Shown here piece by piece: positions 24,101 through 36,403 of a stretch of 64,000 nt of DNA. This stretch comes from Owenia fusiformis. Taxonomy: Eukaryota. The stretch is from the NCBI GenBank assembly GCA_903813345.2, contig CAIIXF020000001.1:23436001-23500000 (forward strand), given 5' to 3'. The notes under the pieces were generated by a model that had not been told where the DNA came from, did no database searches, and saw only the letters and a program-made list of their open reading frames with translations. The stretch's first letter is position 1. Every line of letters begins with the position of its first letter. The position numbers and the translations under genes were made by a program.

Positions 24101-27100
24101 AGTTTGTTCTTTAGCCTTATGATCTTTTTACACTTCTTTAGCCCCATGGAAGTATGTATTACATGATTTAAACCATATATATCTTGTGTCGAGACTGCAT
24201 GAGGAGTGCAGCCCAAATTCAAAGTCTATGATACAAGACATGAGTGCATTGAGTCATCCACAATTCATCAAATGGTTTTGTATTGTATCACTAAAAAGAA
24301 TGATTTTTGCAAGGTTTGACCTCAAAGAAATGTGTATCATGTGCATCAATTATTTTAAAGAAAACAACATTTCTTGCCTTACAGAAATGTGTACAGTGAT
24401 CTCCACAAGATTTTTTCTCAAGTGGTTGCAAAATTCTCATTTTCACAATTCAAACCAAATTGGTCAAAATATGCCCATTTTTCATGATTTCTCTCATTTT
24501 CAAATTTTCATTTTGCAAATGGATTTTCAGGTGGGCGCAAGCCTATTTACAAAATCTGAGGTGGGTGCTGCTCCCACTATCTTTAATGCTGGGGAAATCA
24601 CTGGTGTATCATTATCCCAACAAATGAAATTTACAAAAAAAATCTAATAAATCAAGAAAATCTGTTTATGTAGAAGAATACTTTATCAAAAGACTGGAGC
24701 TTTCCTTCTGTTATGATTCACCAAAAAAATGTTGATTCATATGAGAATTTTAGTGCCAATAAAGAACACTGTTGAGAACCCTACATTTTTACATTGAATG
24801 TTTGACAAAAATGTAGATACAACAAATATTATGATAATCAATATTCAATATAGTTGCGGAAAATAGAGGTCAGTTAAAGGGTGGAAACTTTTTATGATTT
24901 TATGCATTTACCTTTAATATTTATTTAAAATTTAAATCCTCATAATTTCAATATTCCATATCTACACATGTCCTGCAAAACTATAATTGGACAAGGCTGG
25001 TGAGCTTCAGAAAATGTTCTAAGATCCAGTTTTTGGAGGAGGAAAGAAGATAACAGAAGCTTCTTTAAAGTGATTTGGAGGTTTTTCTACTCCTAAACCA
25101 AGCTGTTCTCCGACTCCATACTTTCTATGATACATGTCACAGTCCAGTGGTCCAAATCCATTTTCATCATATTTTAGATAAGTCTTGGTTGTGAAGGTTA
25201 TCACATCTGGCTCACTGCTAAACCCACATTCTTGATCAGTTTCCATTAGATATGCTCCCATGAAGACAATAGCTCCTTCAGGGATGGTCACGTTTAAACC
25301 ACCTGATAATAGATATATTATATGAGGGGTATATGTTATGGGGGGTTTTAGATATGGATCCAAGGTAAGGTATCATATTTCCTAAGGGAAACTAATCCAT
25401 TGGAGCTTTTGCAAAGACTCTACAAGTGGACATAAAAGATTTTGGCATATATTTCATCAGAAAACTGGAAAGTGGGAAATATCCCCATGTTATTTCTTCA
25501 GTAGACATTAGCACAGCCACAAAGGTTAACATCGTGTAAGAAGCTTGTGTTTGTATTGCAATACAAACTAAACAAACTTGACCAAACCCATGAACAATGT
25601 AGCTTACAAAGTGTAAAAAAAATACTAGAAGCTCCATACCTGTGGCCTTATATGTGTATGGTACCTTTGGAATTATGAGAAAAGCCCCATCATCGACTTC
25701 TGTATTCCTGTAATATTTAACCCTGGAAGGAGTTGTTTCTGTTATAACTCTAAATGATATATCAGGTTTGTATGGGCTAAAGATGAAATCACCCAAGTCC
25801 ACCTCATCTCCATTGGTCAACTGGTCATCTGTTACTGCATTAGCATCAATGCCATATTTCTCCTCTGCCCACATGATGAATTCTCTCCCTTTGAAAAACA
25901 ATGCTTATCTACATATTACTTCATTTCACTGGTTTACTATAAAATATGTATTGATAGGGTTCAAACAGCAGATAGCTGATTATCTTAGAAATACTTACAT
26001 ATGTCATATATACTTACCAATTAATCATCCCTGTTTTTGTCCAGCTTGACATTAATCTGGACTGGGAAAACAGGACTGTTCGTGAGATGTCAATGAAATA
26101 ATATTAATTGAATATTAATCATCTCTTAATGATTATGAAATGTTTGATTTTTGATTTTATTGATGCACGCCACATCCTCACAATAACAATATTTAGATGT
26201 ACCATCAATATTGAAAATTTTGAGCATCTTCACTAGCATCTACACTGAATCATTAGCTGAATATACTAGTATATAGTACTACCCAGACAGGCGGCTTCTG
26301 GAAATTTTCTTTTCCTTTACAAAGAGAAGTGTCACGGAGTGCAAGAGTTGTCTACTGTCGAGGAGCAATTTTTCATAAAAACACAAAAAATTGTATGTTA
26401 CATTGTAACAAAGAAAATTAACTACTTTATGCATATTGGTATATCATTTGCTTCTGGTCGAAGTCCAATAATGCTAGGTGTAAAAGCTATTGAAAACGGC
26501 ACCAGATGTTATCATACTCAACAATGTGCCGTTTCTTTTTAACTTTTGAATAGCACAATACAGTATTGTGACATGATAATATTTACATCTGGTTTAAGTA
26601 TAACTTTGAAGATATTAATTCGATCTATAGGTATTGGGTCTTATACATTTTTTTCATAAAATAAATGTTTAATTTTTTGTCCGCCATGGAGGAGCAGTTT
26701 CAAATGTGAAAGACCTTAATAATATATCTATTGCAATGTCAATTTGGGAAAGGGGTTCGAAACATTTTCATGTTTTTGGGTAAAACTGGGAAATTATAAA
26801 TGTCCCAAATGATTTTTTGTGTTTCAAAAGTCTTTCTACTAGATCCTTTTCTATTTTGATGACCAAAACCCAACATTCAGTCTATAAAACTTGAAATTGG
26901 TTTTGAAAGACACAACTTGTTTACTCATTTAACCCAAAGGTTAATTGCTTAAAGATACAAAATTCTTCACCACAGTTCTTACCAAACTTGACTGCCGATG
27001 ACCCAATATCATGCCAAAAGTCCTGCCATGTTTTTGGCCATGGAGCTTTCGTGAATGAAAGCCTCACCCCATCAGCAACTATTGTAAATGTTCTTTCATA

Positions 27101-28916
27101 CACAGTGAAGTTCGTTGGTGTTCTATTTTTTGGTCCTTTTCTTTTTGTACATGATCCTGACATCTTCTTTGATGCATCTGTGAAAATTACTACTGCATTG
27201 AATGTTAAAATTCCTAAGATTACAATATGTTTTAAACTTTTCATTTTGAATTTTCGGTATGTATGCATATAGTTTATGAGTAGATTGCTTTTATGAATAG
27301 ACATTAATTAGAAAGCAATAAATTATTTGCAATATTGTACAGAGGAACCCTAATAAAACAGAACAGCTCAAAATTGTAACGAATTCTTTTATAAATGTGT
27401 AATTGATCTAGTAAATTAAAGTAACTTAATGACATTATGCTCATTATCTTGTCATGGAGAATCAAATTATTTGTATACTTTACAGATCTGCATTGTGCAT
27501 TTTAATTACCTAAAAATTGGACGTATCCTTAGATTTCTATACCCTCGAAAGTATAATGCTGATAACATAGATTATATTACAAGTAATTACAATTTTAGGT
27601 GATTCCATTTTTATGTCACCACAATAAGTGGTGACATATTGTTATAGTCGTAGCCTCCAACTTTTTTGTGGATGGTGTCCAGTAGTTGGTGTTTGGCATC
27701 TGTAACAAATGGAAGGTGGTAACATTTTGCATGTTAATGCCTTGTTTTGGTTACCCTGTATGTTATCATAGATAAGGACAAGGTGAAATTATTGATGTTC
27801 GCCTACTAATTTATTTAATTATTACTAGTAAACAAAACAAAAAACAAACAAAAAACTGCAATGAGTGCAATAAAGAAGTTAATAGCCCGGAACATAATAA
27901 AAATTAATAAAATAGTGATCACTGGTCAGTATCTTGAGCCAAATGTCCACAGTAAAGTGGTTTAATGCAATGGTATAATAAAATCAACACTTACCATTCG
28001 CTATTTTGAAAGAGAAGAAAATGGCCCTCATCTTCATCAGATACTGACTCATGATGATGTTCACTGCACAAAGCAATACATGACCAAATCATAAACACAT
28101 GTTCACTGCACAAAGCAATATATGACCAAATCATAAACACACTATTTAATGTTCTCTTGACACAAAAAAACAATATTTTACATGCATACAATTTATTTTT
28201 CAGATGACACAGATATTGACCCTAGATATGATGTGATCAGTCGTCCAAAGAGTAGTGTGGCATCCAGCAGCTTCCCAAGTCCGCAGCTTGATCCATCAGG
28301 GTCCCCTCTGTACTCAGAAATAGACAAATCTAAGAAATCAAGAAAGACAATACATATCGATGACCACGCCAGGTTGAGCCAAGGTGCCAGCAGTAACATG
28401 CCTTTATATTCTGTTGTAAACAAACCGAGGAAAAGTCGCTTGGCTCCTGGGTATGATAACCATATTCCTCAAGCTAGAGCATCACCACCAGATTCTATGT
28501 CAAAAACAGAACATAATAATGGAGGGGTTGATATGACCTCTGTAGCTAAACGACACCCGGGACTAGAAGGTATTGATGTCCCGGGCTATCAGACTGTGTC
28601 AGATGTAGAGCGAGTAAGGATGCGTGGAACTGGAGATCACGTAGATTCTGAGACAGGTGATCCAGGATATGACTGTGTTCGACCTCTTAGTGATATGTCC
28701 CAGTCAAGCACTGGAAGCAGTAATAGATTGTCCCAGAATGAGATGGTACATATAGACTCTCACCATGTCCCAGACACGTTCTGGCAGAAATCTGAACATT
28801 TGTATCAGGAGATACCTGCTGACTCTAGTCGTAAACCATCCAAACATAAACATAAGGAAAAGAAGAAAGGAAGTTGGAGGAGCAGTAGGAGAAAGGATAA
28901 AGGTGCATCTCATTAG
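18194..28916 (+). CDS. PAG1/Cbp-like type III transmembrane adaptor protein, 7 coding exons, ~686-688 aa
   Basis: Exons 18194-18369, 19432-19495, 20156-20277, 20548-21343 (or 21337), 23005-23107, 24000-24092 and 28204-28916 join in frame (phases 2,0,2,0,1,1). The protein has a short ectodomain, one TM (MLFVAISTICASMVIVIALAL), juxtamembrane CVCG+KK, the SH3-ligand RRLPEIP and ~17 YxxI/V motifs including LYSVVNKP. Confidence 0.85.
18401..18960. mobile_element. Hairpin-type non-autonomous element (Crypton-like, inferred)
   Basis: A ~170-bp stem-loop at 18401-18570 centres on gaccgaaggtc, followed by gcggtcaacagtgcatattgttgaccgc and aaccaatcagaatcgagtatttc. The architecture matches 56192-56952. 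Confidence 0.6.
19672..20100. repeat. 119-bp intronic tandem repeat (~3.6 copies)
   Basis: acaaatatactcagtgtcaagtatgcagacacaaacttg... starts at 19672, 19791, 19910 and (after a 28-bp deletion) 20001. Confidence 0.9.
21396..21585 (+). mobile_element. 3' fragment of the Helentron-like family
   Basis: Core-repeat remnant plus the 3' end gagcaactaggtggtgacattttgtcatgttaatgccttgtt. Confidence 0.65.
23650..23831. repeat. Imperfect hairpin, possibly a Penelope-like terminal remnant
   Basis: aaatcacaaaaacagtttttttctactcacaatc pairs with ggttgtgaatagaagaaaactgtttttgtgattt. Internal tttcgaatcc and gatccgaaa motifs are present. Confidence 0.45.
25019..27244 (-). CDS. Uncharacterised secreted protein, 3 exons, ~264 aa, nested antisense in the last intron of the PAG-like gene
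   Basis: Exons 27244-26983 (G|GTAAGA), 25888-25640 (G|GTATGG) and 25302-25019 are joined by two phase-1 introns. They give MKSLKHIVILGILTFNAVVIFTDA (signal peptide)...SAVKFG-REFIMWAEEKYGID...YKATG-GLNVTIPEGA...DCDMYHRKYGVG...KTGS*. Confidence 0.8.
27611..27746 (+). mobile_element. Minimal Helentron-like copy lacking core repeats
   Basis: The 5' hairpin ttatgtcaccac-aataa-gtggtgacata is joined almost directly to the 3' end aggtggtaacattttgcatgttaatgccttgtt. Confidence 0.65.
28057..28140. repeat. 42-bp tandem duplication
   Basis: atgttcactgcacaaagcaata(c/t)atgaccaaatcataaacac occurs twice. Confidence 0.85.
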
Positions 28917-28919
28917 GAT

Positions 28920-29320
28920 AAGGTATCCATAAAATTTGGGTGGGGTATCTATCATATTGGGGTGGGGTATCTATCAGATTTAAGTGTTGTCTTAAACATA
29001 TTTGCATAAGGTACCGACTGTTTCTTTTTATGATGGGTAATGGGTATCCATCACATTGGTGTACTCTTGACACTATTTTCGAATATTCATCTCATTAGGT
29101 TTGGTATCCAACACATTAGAGTGAGTATCCATCACATTAGTGTATCCTTGACACTATGTTGGGGTATTTATCACATTAGGTTGAGTATTCATCACATTAG
29201 GTTGGGTATTCAACACATTAGAGTGTCCATTACCATCATATTAGGTGGGTATCTATCAAATCAGGGTGTTGTATCTATCAAATTAGGTCAAACTATCAAT
29301 TGCATTAGGGTGGTGCATCC
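28920..29320. repeat. Degenerate ~21-bp tandem repeat right after the PAG-like stop codon
   Basis: Recurring unit resembling gggtatccatcacattagg(tt). Confidence 0.7.
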
Positions 29321-30979
29321 ATTCTATAATGGTAATATATGAATGGCTCGTAATTGTAAATCAATGGATTTAATTTTATTTGTAGTTTATTTGGGATAGT
29401 AGATTATTTATTTGTGTCATCAACATTGTTTGAGACAAAAATTTGTATGAGCGTTGTTAAAAAAACGTGTGTGATTTTTAACATTTTTTCAGTCAATTTG
29501 ATTAGTTTATGAACTTGTCATGCAAAGTACAACTTTAAATCAGCATACACATGTGTCTGATGTTTAATGTGTCTGATGTTTCATAAAGGTTGTCTGTACC
29601 TGGGTTAACTTATGTCATGTGGATTTATTTAATAACCAAGTTATTTAAGGTTTCCTCATCTGTTTACCATCTTCGTTCACTCGGCTCCAGTCGATTGATA
29701 AACACAGTGAAGACCGAGTTTGCGAAGATGTCTGTATACCAGAAGCAAAGTTTTCACACATTATATGAAAAAAGTCAATGAGCACATAATTGGAAATATG
29801 AAATAATTGGTCTTGCACTAAGCCCTTGTGTTTTTTCTGTATTCTTAGAAGGATTGGGGCAAAATTCAAAATAGGACAATGTGTTATTAATTACAAGTCT
29901 GCTGTATGATATGACATGTATATCAATGAAGCCAATGTGTAATTTATAAAAAAAATAAACTGGGTAAATAAGGAATTATAGAATACCATAAGCCTGTTAC
30001 ATTAACTGTCACATTTTTGCTATAGCGATTTGCAAAAATCTTTCTGAAGTTTTGTCTTGCTAAAAATTGTAATTGTATAAAAATTGTTTAAAAATAGGTT
30101 TATTTATATGCCAAGATTTATATATGTTTTAGTAGGTAGCTCACAGTAACTTTAAAATAAGAAAGGATGCGGAGCTTGGACAAATACTAATGTGTAAAAA
30201 TAAACCTGGTTTTGTTGAATTAAAAATGATTGAAATTCAGTAACTCAGATGCAAGTAGGTAGTTACCAGTTTCACCAGTAGGTGGCTCGTTTGGGTCAGA
30301 TAGCATGGCGGGTATAGTAGAAAGTTCCCTTTAAGTTCAATATTTATCCGTTTTAGTCGTTCAATTTTCGTATCACCCTTATGTATCAAATAGTTATGTA
30401 AATTAAAATATGTCTAGTAAAAGAGAATGTTACCTGGCCAATACAAGAAAAGATATTAGTATAATTTAATGAAAAGGGTGACAATTCTTTGTTAAATAAG
30501 TTTTACAAACTAAAACTCTTCCCTTGTTTTTTAAAAACAATTTTTTTTATATATATATGATACATTCATGAATTTCACTAATGTACTTTGGGGAAGTATG
30601 GAATTTGTGAATATAATTTGTTAAATATACCACATCATTTTATCAGATATAAATGTGTACAAAATCAATTGTAAATAGTCAATATAAGATAGAATAATGG
30701 GGTATGTCTGTAAGTAAACTTATGTTTTACAGCTTAAAACTACAAACTCCAATACATAACTACAATTAATTGAACTTCTATTGAATGCTTGCATCAGCAG
30801 ATAAGTGACTGATGGTGTGTTAGTTGGCATTTTCAACATGATTTAAATTGAATATTTTGATGCATATATTACATCACCTCTCCTTTGAATGTGAGGTACA
30901 GTAGGTTACATTAATGTGTTTTTGTAAAGTGTATTAAAATGTGGCTTCAAAGGTAAATGAGTTGGAGTATATGCTTTTG

Positions 30980-31488
30980 TTATGTCACCACCAAAAAGTG
31001 GTGACATATTGTTATGGTCTCCTTTTTATGGGGGTTGGTGGTTGGCGATCAGCTGCGGCGTCTGTAACAAATTCTTACAACTTCCAATAACTTAACAAAT
31101 ACTGTTCAGACTGACAACAATTTTTTTCAAAATTATCTACATGTTTTCAGAAGTTCAAATCTGACTATATATATAAGATTTGACTTTCAATGACCTTTTC
31201 AAGGTAAAAAAAGGTCGAAAAGTATTTTTTCAACTTGCTTCAAATTGACCAATTTTTTCAAAATCATCTACAAGTTCTCAGAAGTTCAAATCTGACTTTA
31301 GATTTGAGATTGCACCTTTAATGAACTTTTCAGGGTAAAAAAGGTCTTTTTTCAACTCGCTTCAAATTGACGAATTTATTTTTTCAAAATCATCTACAAG
31401 TTCTCAGAAATTCAAATCTTACTTAAGATTGAACTCATAATATCGTGAGCAACTAGGTGGTGACATTTTGTCATGTTAATGCCTTGTT
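30980..31488 (+). mobile_element. Complete Helentron-like (HINE/DINE-1-type) element
   Basis: It has a 5' subterminal hairpin (ttatgtcaccac...gtggtgacata), ~122-bp core tandem repeats and a 3' subTIR (ggtggtgacat) followed by a short conserved tail. Both junctions are T-rich and there is no TSD. Confidence 0.7.
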
Positions 31489-33168
31489 TAGTCTTCTAAT
31501 TGTCTGAGAAGAAAATTTATATGATTGTACATGTTTTGCTTTGTAAAATGAAATATTAGTTATGTGCATTTTTGTGCCCGTACTTTGGGAGCTTTGTACA
31601 TTGTACATTGAAAGTATATAAGGCACAGCATTCATAACTTAACTTAAAGTATTAGTCACTAGCCTAATATATGGTTTATTGGAAGCATCATAAGACTTTT
31701 GTATCAGTTTAATTATTTTAGGTAATTATTTATCTATCGGATGGTAAGCTTTCCTAAAATAAGGTAATTGTTGTGACTTCTTGTTGCCTTAGAAACATGT
31801 AAAAATATCAAATGTGTGCAGATATTATATTTAAATTTACATTATTGTTTTATATGAAATAAAACCTGACAAATGAATACTTAAGTTGTTTTTAAATAAG
31901 TCTCCAATGTTGCCCTTCGGTATATTTTGTCTTGAAAGATAGAGGGCAGTTGCTATTAAAATTGTTATCAAATCGTTCACCAGCCTCAGTATAAGACCTA
32001 TAGTATTTCTTCTGCTTACTTTGCAAATAGCCTTACTTAATTGTAAATTGAAAATGATATTGAAATTAGTCAGATTGAATTTGTAAAAGTTGAATGCTCC
32101 ATTCATTGACCTTGCTTAAAAGGAATCACAATGGTAAAATGTAGAAATGCACTCACGGTATTTATATAGTTAAGTCAATATGATTACAGTTTGGAAAGCC
32201 CCTGTTATTTGCCATGTTCATAGATACCATAGAGGCCAAGTTTAATTTATCTTTATGCAAACTCTACATCCCCCAAAATAAGTTTGAAACTCGAGGGCTA
32301 CCGGAATGAAGAGTGGTTTTGATTATGAGAATTCCAGTTTAACAGATGACTAACATACATGGGCCTAATATTAAATAGAATCAGATAAACCAAGTGCCAT
32401 AGAGGTTTGGAATTCTTTTGGCCTTTAGGGTAATTGAAAAGTGAAAGGTAAAAATTTCGATTCAAGATATAAAAATACTGAATTGACCTTAATCAAACTT
32501 CATTCTATAATGAAAAATAAATACAATTTCAAAGGATGAATTTATGAAAAGGTTATCTAAACATTACATTTGTAATGTCTCACTATTTGAACTTGTACTT
32601 CTAGCCCACATACTTGAGTGGGTCATGAATCACAAAATGAACAAAAGGCAAATTTGATTTTATATTTCCTTTTTATTGAAAACAGTAGTGAAAATATAGT
32701 TACAAAATCACAGATGGAAGATGACTGATTTCCACTATAGTTACAAGCTTTTCTCATGTGCAATGAAATAATATGTTTACAAATTCTTTGATCAATGTAG
32801 GCTGAGTATGACAATTTTGAAACCTGTTTACATACGTTTGCGAGCCTAAAAGTAAAAAGTTCTACTCGCCTACCTTATGAGGCACAGTGAAGCTTAGTTT
32901 TAATGAGGCTCTTGTTCTTATTAGGAGAGAGCTCCAGAAGAGAAGCCTCTTACTCTGCCTTTATAATTTCACACATTGTAGTGAGTAATTTATTCTGCTT
33001 GAATGTGCCACATTTTATAAAATCACCATGGTTTCTTTTATTTTCCAAAAATAGTTAAATCTACCATACATAAATAGATATACAACAGTTATTTACATTT
33101 TTTTCAATCACAGATCACAAGTTGCATTGTTGTTGATGTACATGTTAATATAAATGTTTATATATTTA

Positions 33169-33414
33169 CAGGGTGGGACAAAAAATCAATACTCAAGTTT
33201 AAAAATGAATATCATAGGATATGTTGAATCATGACATGTATTATATATAATTTTAAAGATAAATCATTTCCTAACAATATGACACCATCCGATTGGAACC
33301 GTTGTTTTCTTGTGGAGTTGGAGGCTAAAATTGACACCAGGGGTGCCTTAGTTTAAGATATATCATATGAAACATTTATCTTTAAACTTTGGTATTGGTT
33401 TTTTGGCCCACCTG
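33169..33414. mobile_element. Tc1/mariner-type MITE
   Basis: TA|cagggtgggacaaaaaatcaatactcaagtttaaa...tttaaactttggtattggttttttggcccacctg|TA. Confidence 0.75.
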
Positions 33415-35630
33415 TACATGTACTGAGGAAAAAAGAACTATTGAGGACAAAAAGAACTATAAACATTAGATCTTGTATAGTAGGGGTAGGTATTCTCTAT
33501 ATGCCACAGTCAGGTTATTTGTAGATTGTATTATTGTATTTTGTTTATCAATACCACCAAGGCAAGTGAATATCCCATATTTCATAGTTTTTTTTATGAT
33601 GGAACCATAAAAGACCCATGGATAATTGTTTGTGGGATCCTGATATTGTTGTATGATGTGTGGTCCGCTTATTCAAACACTCTGAATATCAACAAGTAAA
33701 CAAAAAAAAGTATTCTTGTCTAGACTGGGTATAAACGTAGGCCCATTGTGTCATACACATGGAGACTATGAGTGAGATAAACACATGAACTAAAGAACAA
33801 TTTTGTATAAAAACATCATTTTGGTGGTGACATTAAAAACCTTAACACAACTGTAACTGTAAAAATAATCCTGATCTAATGTTCATAGTTCTAACTTTTC
33901 CTCACTGAAGCTATTCTTCCTTGTTTAATGTATGTACTGTAAAATAAGCAAGCATAAAATACATCATGATGACAAATACTAGGCTAGTACATGTACATAT
34001 AACTTGTGAGCATTTTGGTAGTTCTGTACAAAATCTATAAACTCTAATTACAAAAGACACTTGATTTTCACATACATGCATATGATGAACAGATGGAAGG
34101 ATATGACTTCTTGGCTTTCAAAACCAGAATCACTAGTGGTTTTGATTTCATTATCCCTCAATTTAAAAATATTCGATAATGAAAAAATACAATCTCAGAC
34201 CATTCTCTTGTAGTTTGGCTCCCCTTGCTACTGCATATGTAAAGTTAAAGACACTTTTTGCCATTGATGCAAATACACATATGCAACAAGTAAATATAAA
34301 CATTGATCATAACAAATGGTTGAGAAGTAGTTGCAAATTCATACAACATCAAGCTGAGTGTATACGAGCAAGGGGTCATTAACAGAAACTTCGTTAAGTT
34401 ACAAATTCGTAAATCAATTGTTGTAACCATGGATATAATGACATCATAGTTAGAGTGCAATGGATTTTATGTATTCTTAACTAAATAAAGTTTCTGTTAA
34501 TGGCCCCCAGCTCGTATATCTCTAAATATGAGTTTGTACCTCATTTATAGAACTGGCCTCCATTTTACTACTTCATATTTTGCAATTCAGTTAGAATGTT
34601 GGGCACCAACCATGCTTTTCAGTTAATCTACATCGTCATGCTGAGTGCTTTCAAAATAACTATGACAATGTCCTATGATTAGTATGAAAAAGAAGAACAA
34701 CTCATGCTTTTGATGTGAATATTTCATATAATCACATTTTGGAATTTTCCTATTCCAATATCTCCAACATATAAAAAATTGAAAAAATGTCCAAAAAGTA
34801 CAATTGATTAGACAATTTGGTGAATAATTTCAATATGCAAACTAATCACAGGATAGAGGGTTGCTCCCTGGCTAGAATTCTATTAGTTTTTAAAGGTTTA
34901 TCAAACATTTGATAAGCCATGTGCTAGATCCACATTGTCATAAATAAGGCTGTTTCATTCGAACATAAGATTTTGATATTGATATACATGTACATGTAAG
35001 TTGAAAATCCCATTTACTCCATTTTGTTACATCATTGAAATAGTAAAACTACCTACACTATCTATTTTCAATACCAGCACTTATATTCTGTACAAATAAG
35101 ACAATAGACACCATAAAGTACTCACAGGGGAAGACTTTGCTAAACATAGTACTACCATTCCTGAAGATTGTTTCAGTTGCTATGCATTGGTTGCTAAGAG
35201 ATTCTCTGACACTCACTGTCATGACAACACTATATAAATAAAGCACATTGTGAAAAATCACTATTAAATGGCATAATAAAAGCGTATCTCAAACTGCATG
35301 AAGGCACATGTGTATAATATAAAATACTGACATGTTCAAAGACATGTACTGATATAAATATTCTATAAAGAGATACAATTCCAAAGCTTGACGACTGGCC
35401 ATAAAATCGAGCAAAACAAATAAATGCACTGTATGAAAATGTCATGATATAGAACTGTTCTACATCTGATACATACAAGTATGTAAACATAGTTTTTGAT
35501 ATGATAATATCACGGTGATTCAAAAACATTGAAACAGCCGCTTTAGAACTGTTCTATGTTGTGGACGCACAATTCGTAACTATTCCATCAATTAGCTTGT
35601 TTTCCTTTGGGTCTGTTCTCTTATAATCTA

Positions 35631-35814
35631 CAGTAAAACCTGTCTTAGTGAACACCTTTCTCTGGTGAACACCTTTATTTAGTGAACACTGAACACCACT
35701 TCAAGACACATTTTACATTGCCTCCTGTTGTATTAAATCCCCTCTGCAGTGAACAACTACCTACAGTGAACACTTTTTTGGTCCATAGGTGTTCACTGTA
35801 TACAGGTTTTACTG
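35631..35814. mobile_element. pogo/Tigger-type MITE (cagtaaaacctg TIR)
   Basis: TA|cagtaaaacctgt...acaggttttactg. A related element lies at 39607-39779. Confidence 0.75.
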
Positions 35815-36403
35815 GATATCAATGTTATACCAGATACTGTCTTGATAGTACTTGTCACCCCAAACCCATGAACAATGGGCAAACAATGCAAAAGGTAAGC
35901 ATCAAAGCACTACTTCTCACAAACCTAATGTAGGTGGGTTTCTGTTAAGCTCAAACCTCTTCCAGTAATATGTTAATATATAACAATCTCCTGTTTTTCA
36001 GTCCTGGATTGATGTCAAGTACTGTTGTTCTACTAATGTAGCATGATTTTGGCAATTTTTGGCAGAGATAATAGAAATGAAGTGAACTTCATTCATTCTT
36101 TCCACTTTATCTCACTTGATTAGTTCTGGGTCATAATCACCAAATTAAAAACAAGTGCCACATTTAGCATAAGAACAGTATTTGCAAATCATATACATAT
36201 ATACATGTATCTGTATATGCATATGATTTCTTCATGGACATAATTATTATTTCATGTCTTCTGATTCCCGATCAGTCTGCTAGTTTGAAGTCCCTGTCTT
36301 CTTTATACCTTGTTTATCGAGTTTCTGTTATGATTTGCCAATTCAATAATAATTGTTCATGGTTGTCATAGCTACTGCATATATTTTGTCATGGAAACAA
36401 TAA

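Noticed and set aside
24186-24647. 153-aa plus-strand ORF
   Set aside because: It is intronic, repeat-like sequence with no recognisable motif and no splice sites needed for the gene model.
26921-26982. C-terminal extension (KNCGEEFC...GLNE) of the nested gene's first ORF
   Set aside because: It is intron read-through. The donor at 26982 gives the correct phase, whereas the donor at 26924 does not.
28917-36403. A very long 3' UTR or overlapping 3' ends of the PAG-like and PAF-AH genes
   Set aside because: Many AATAAA candidates exist on both strands, so the transcript ends cannot be fixed from sequence alone.
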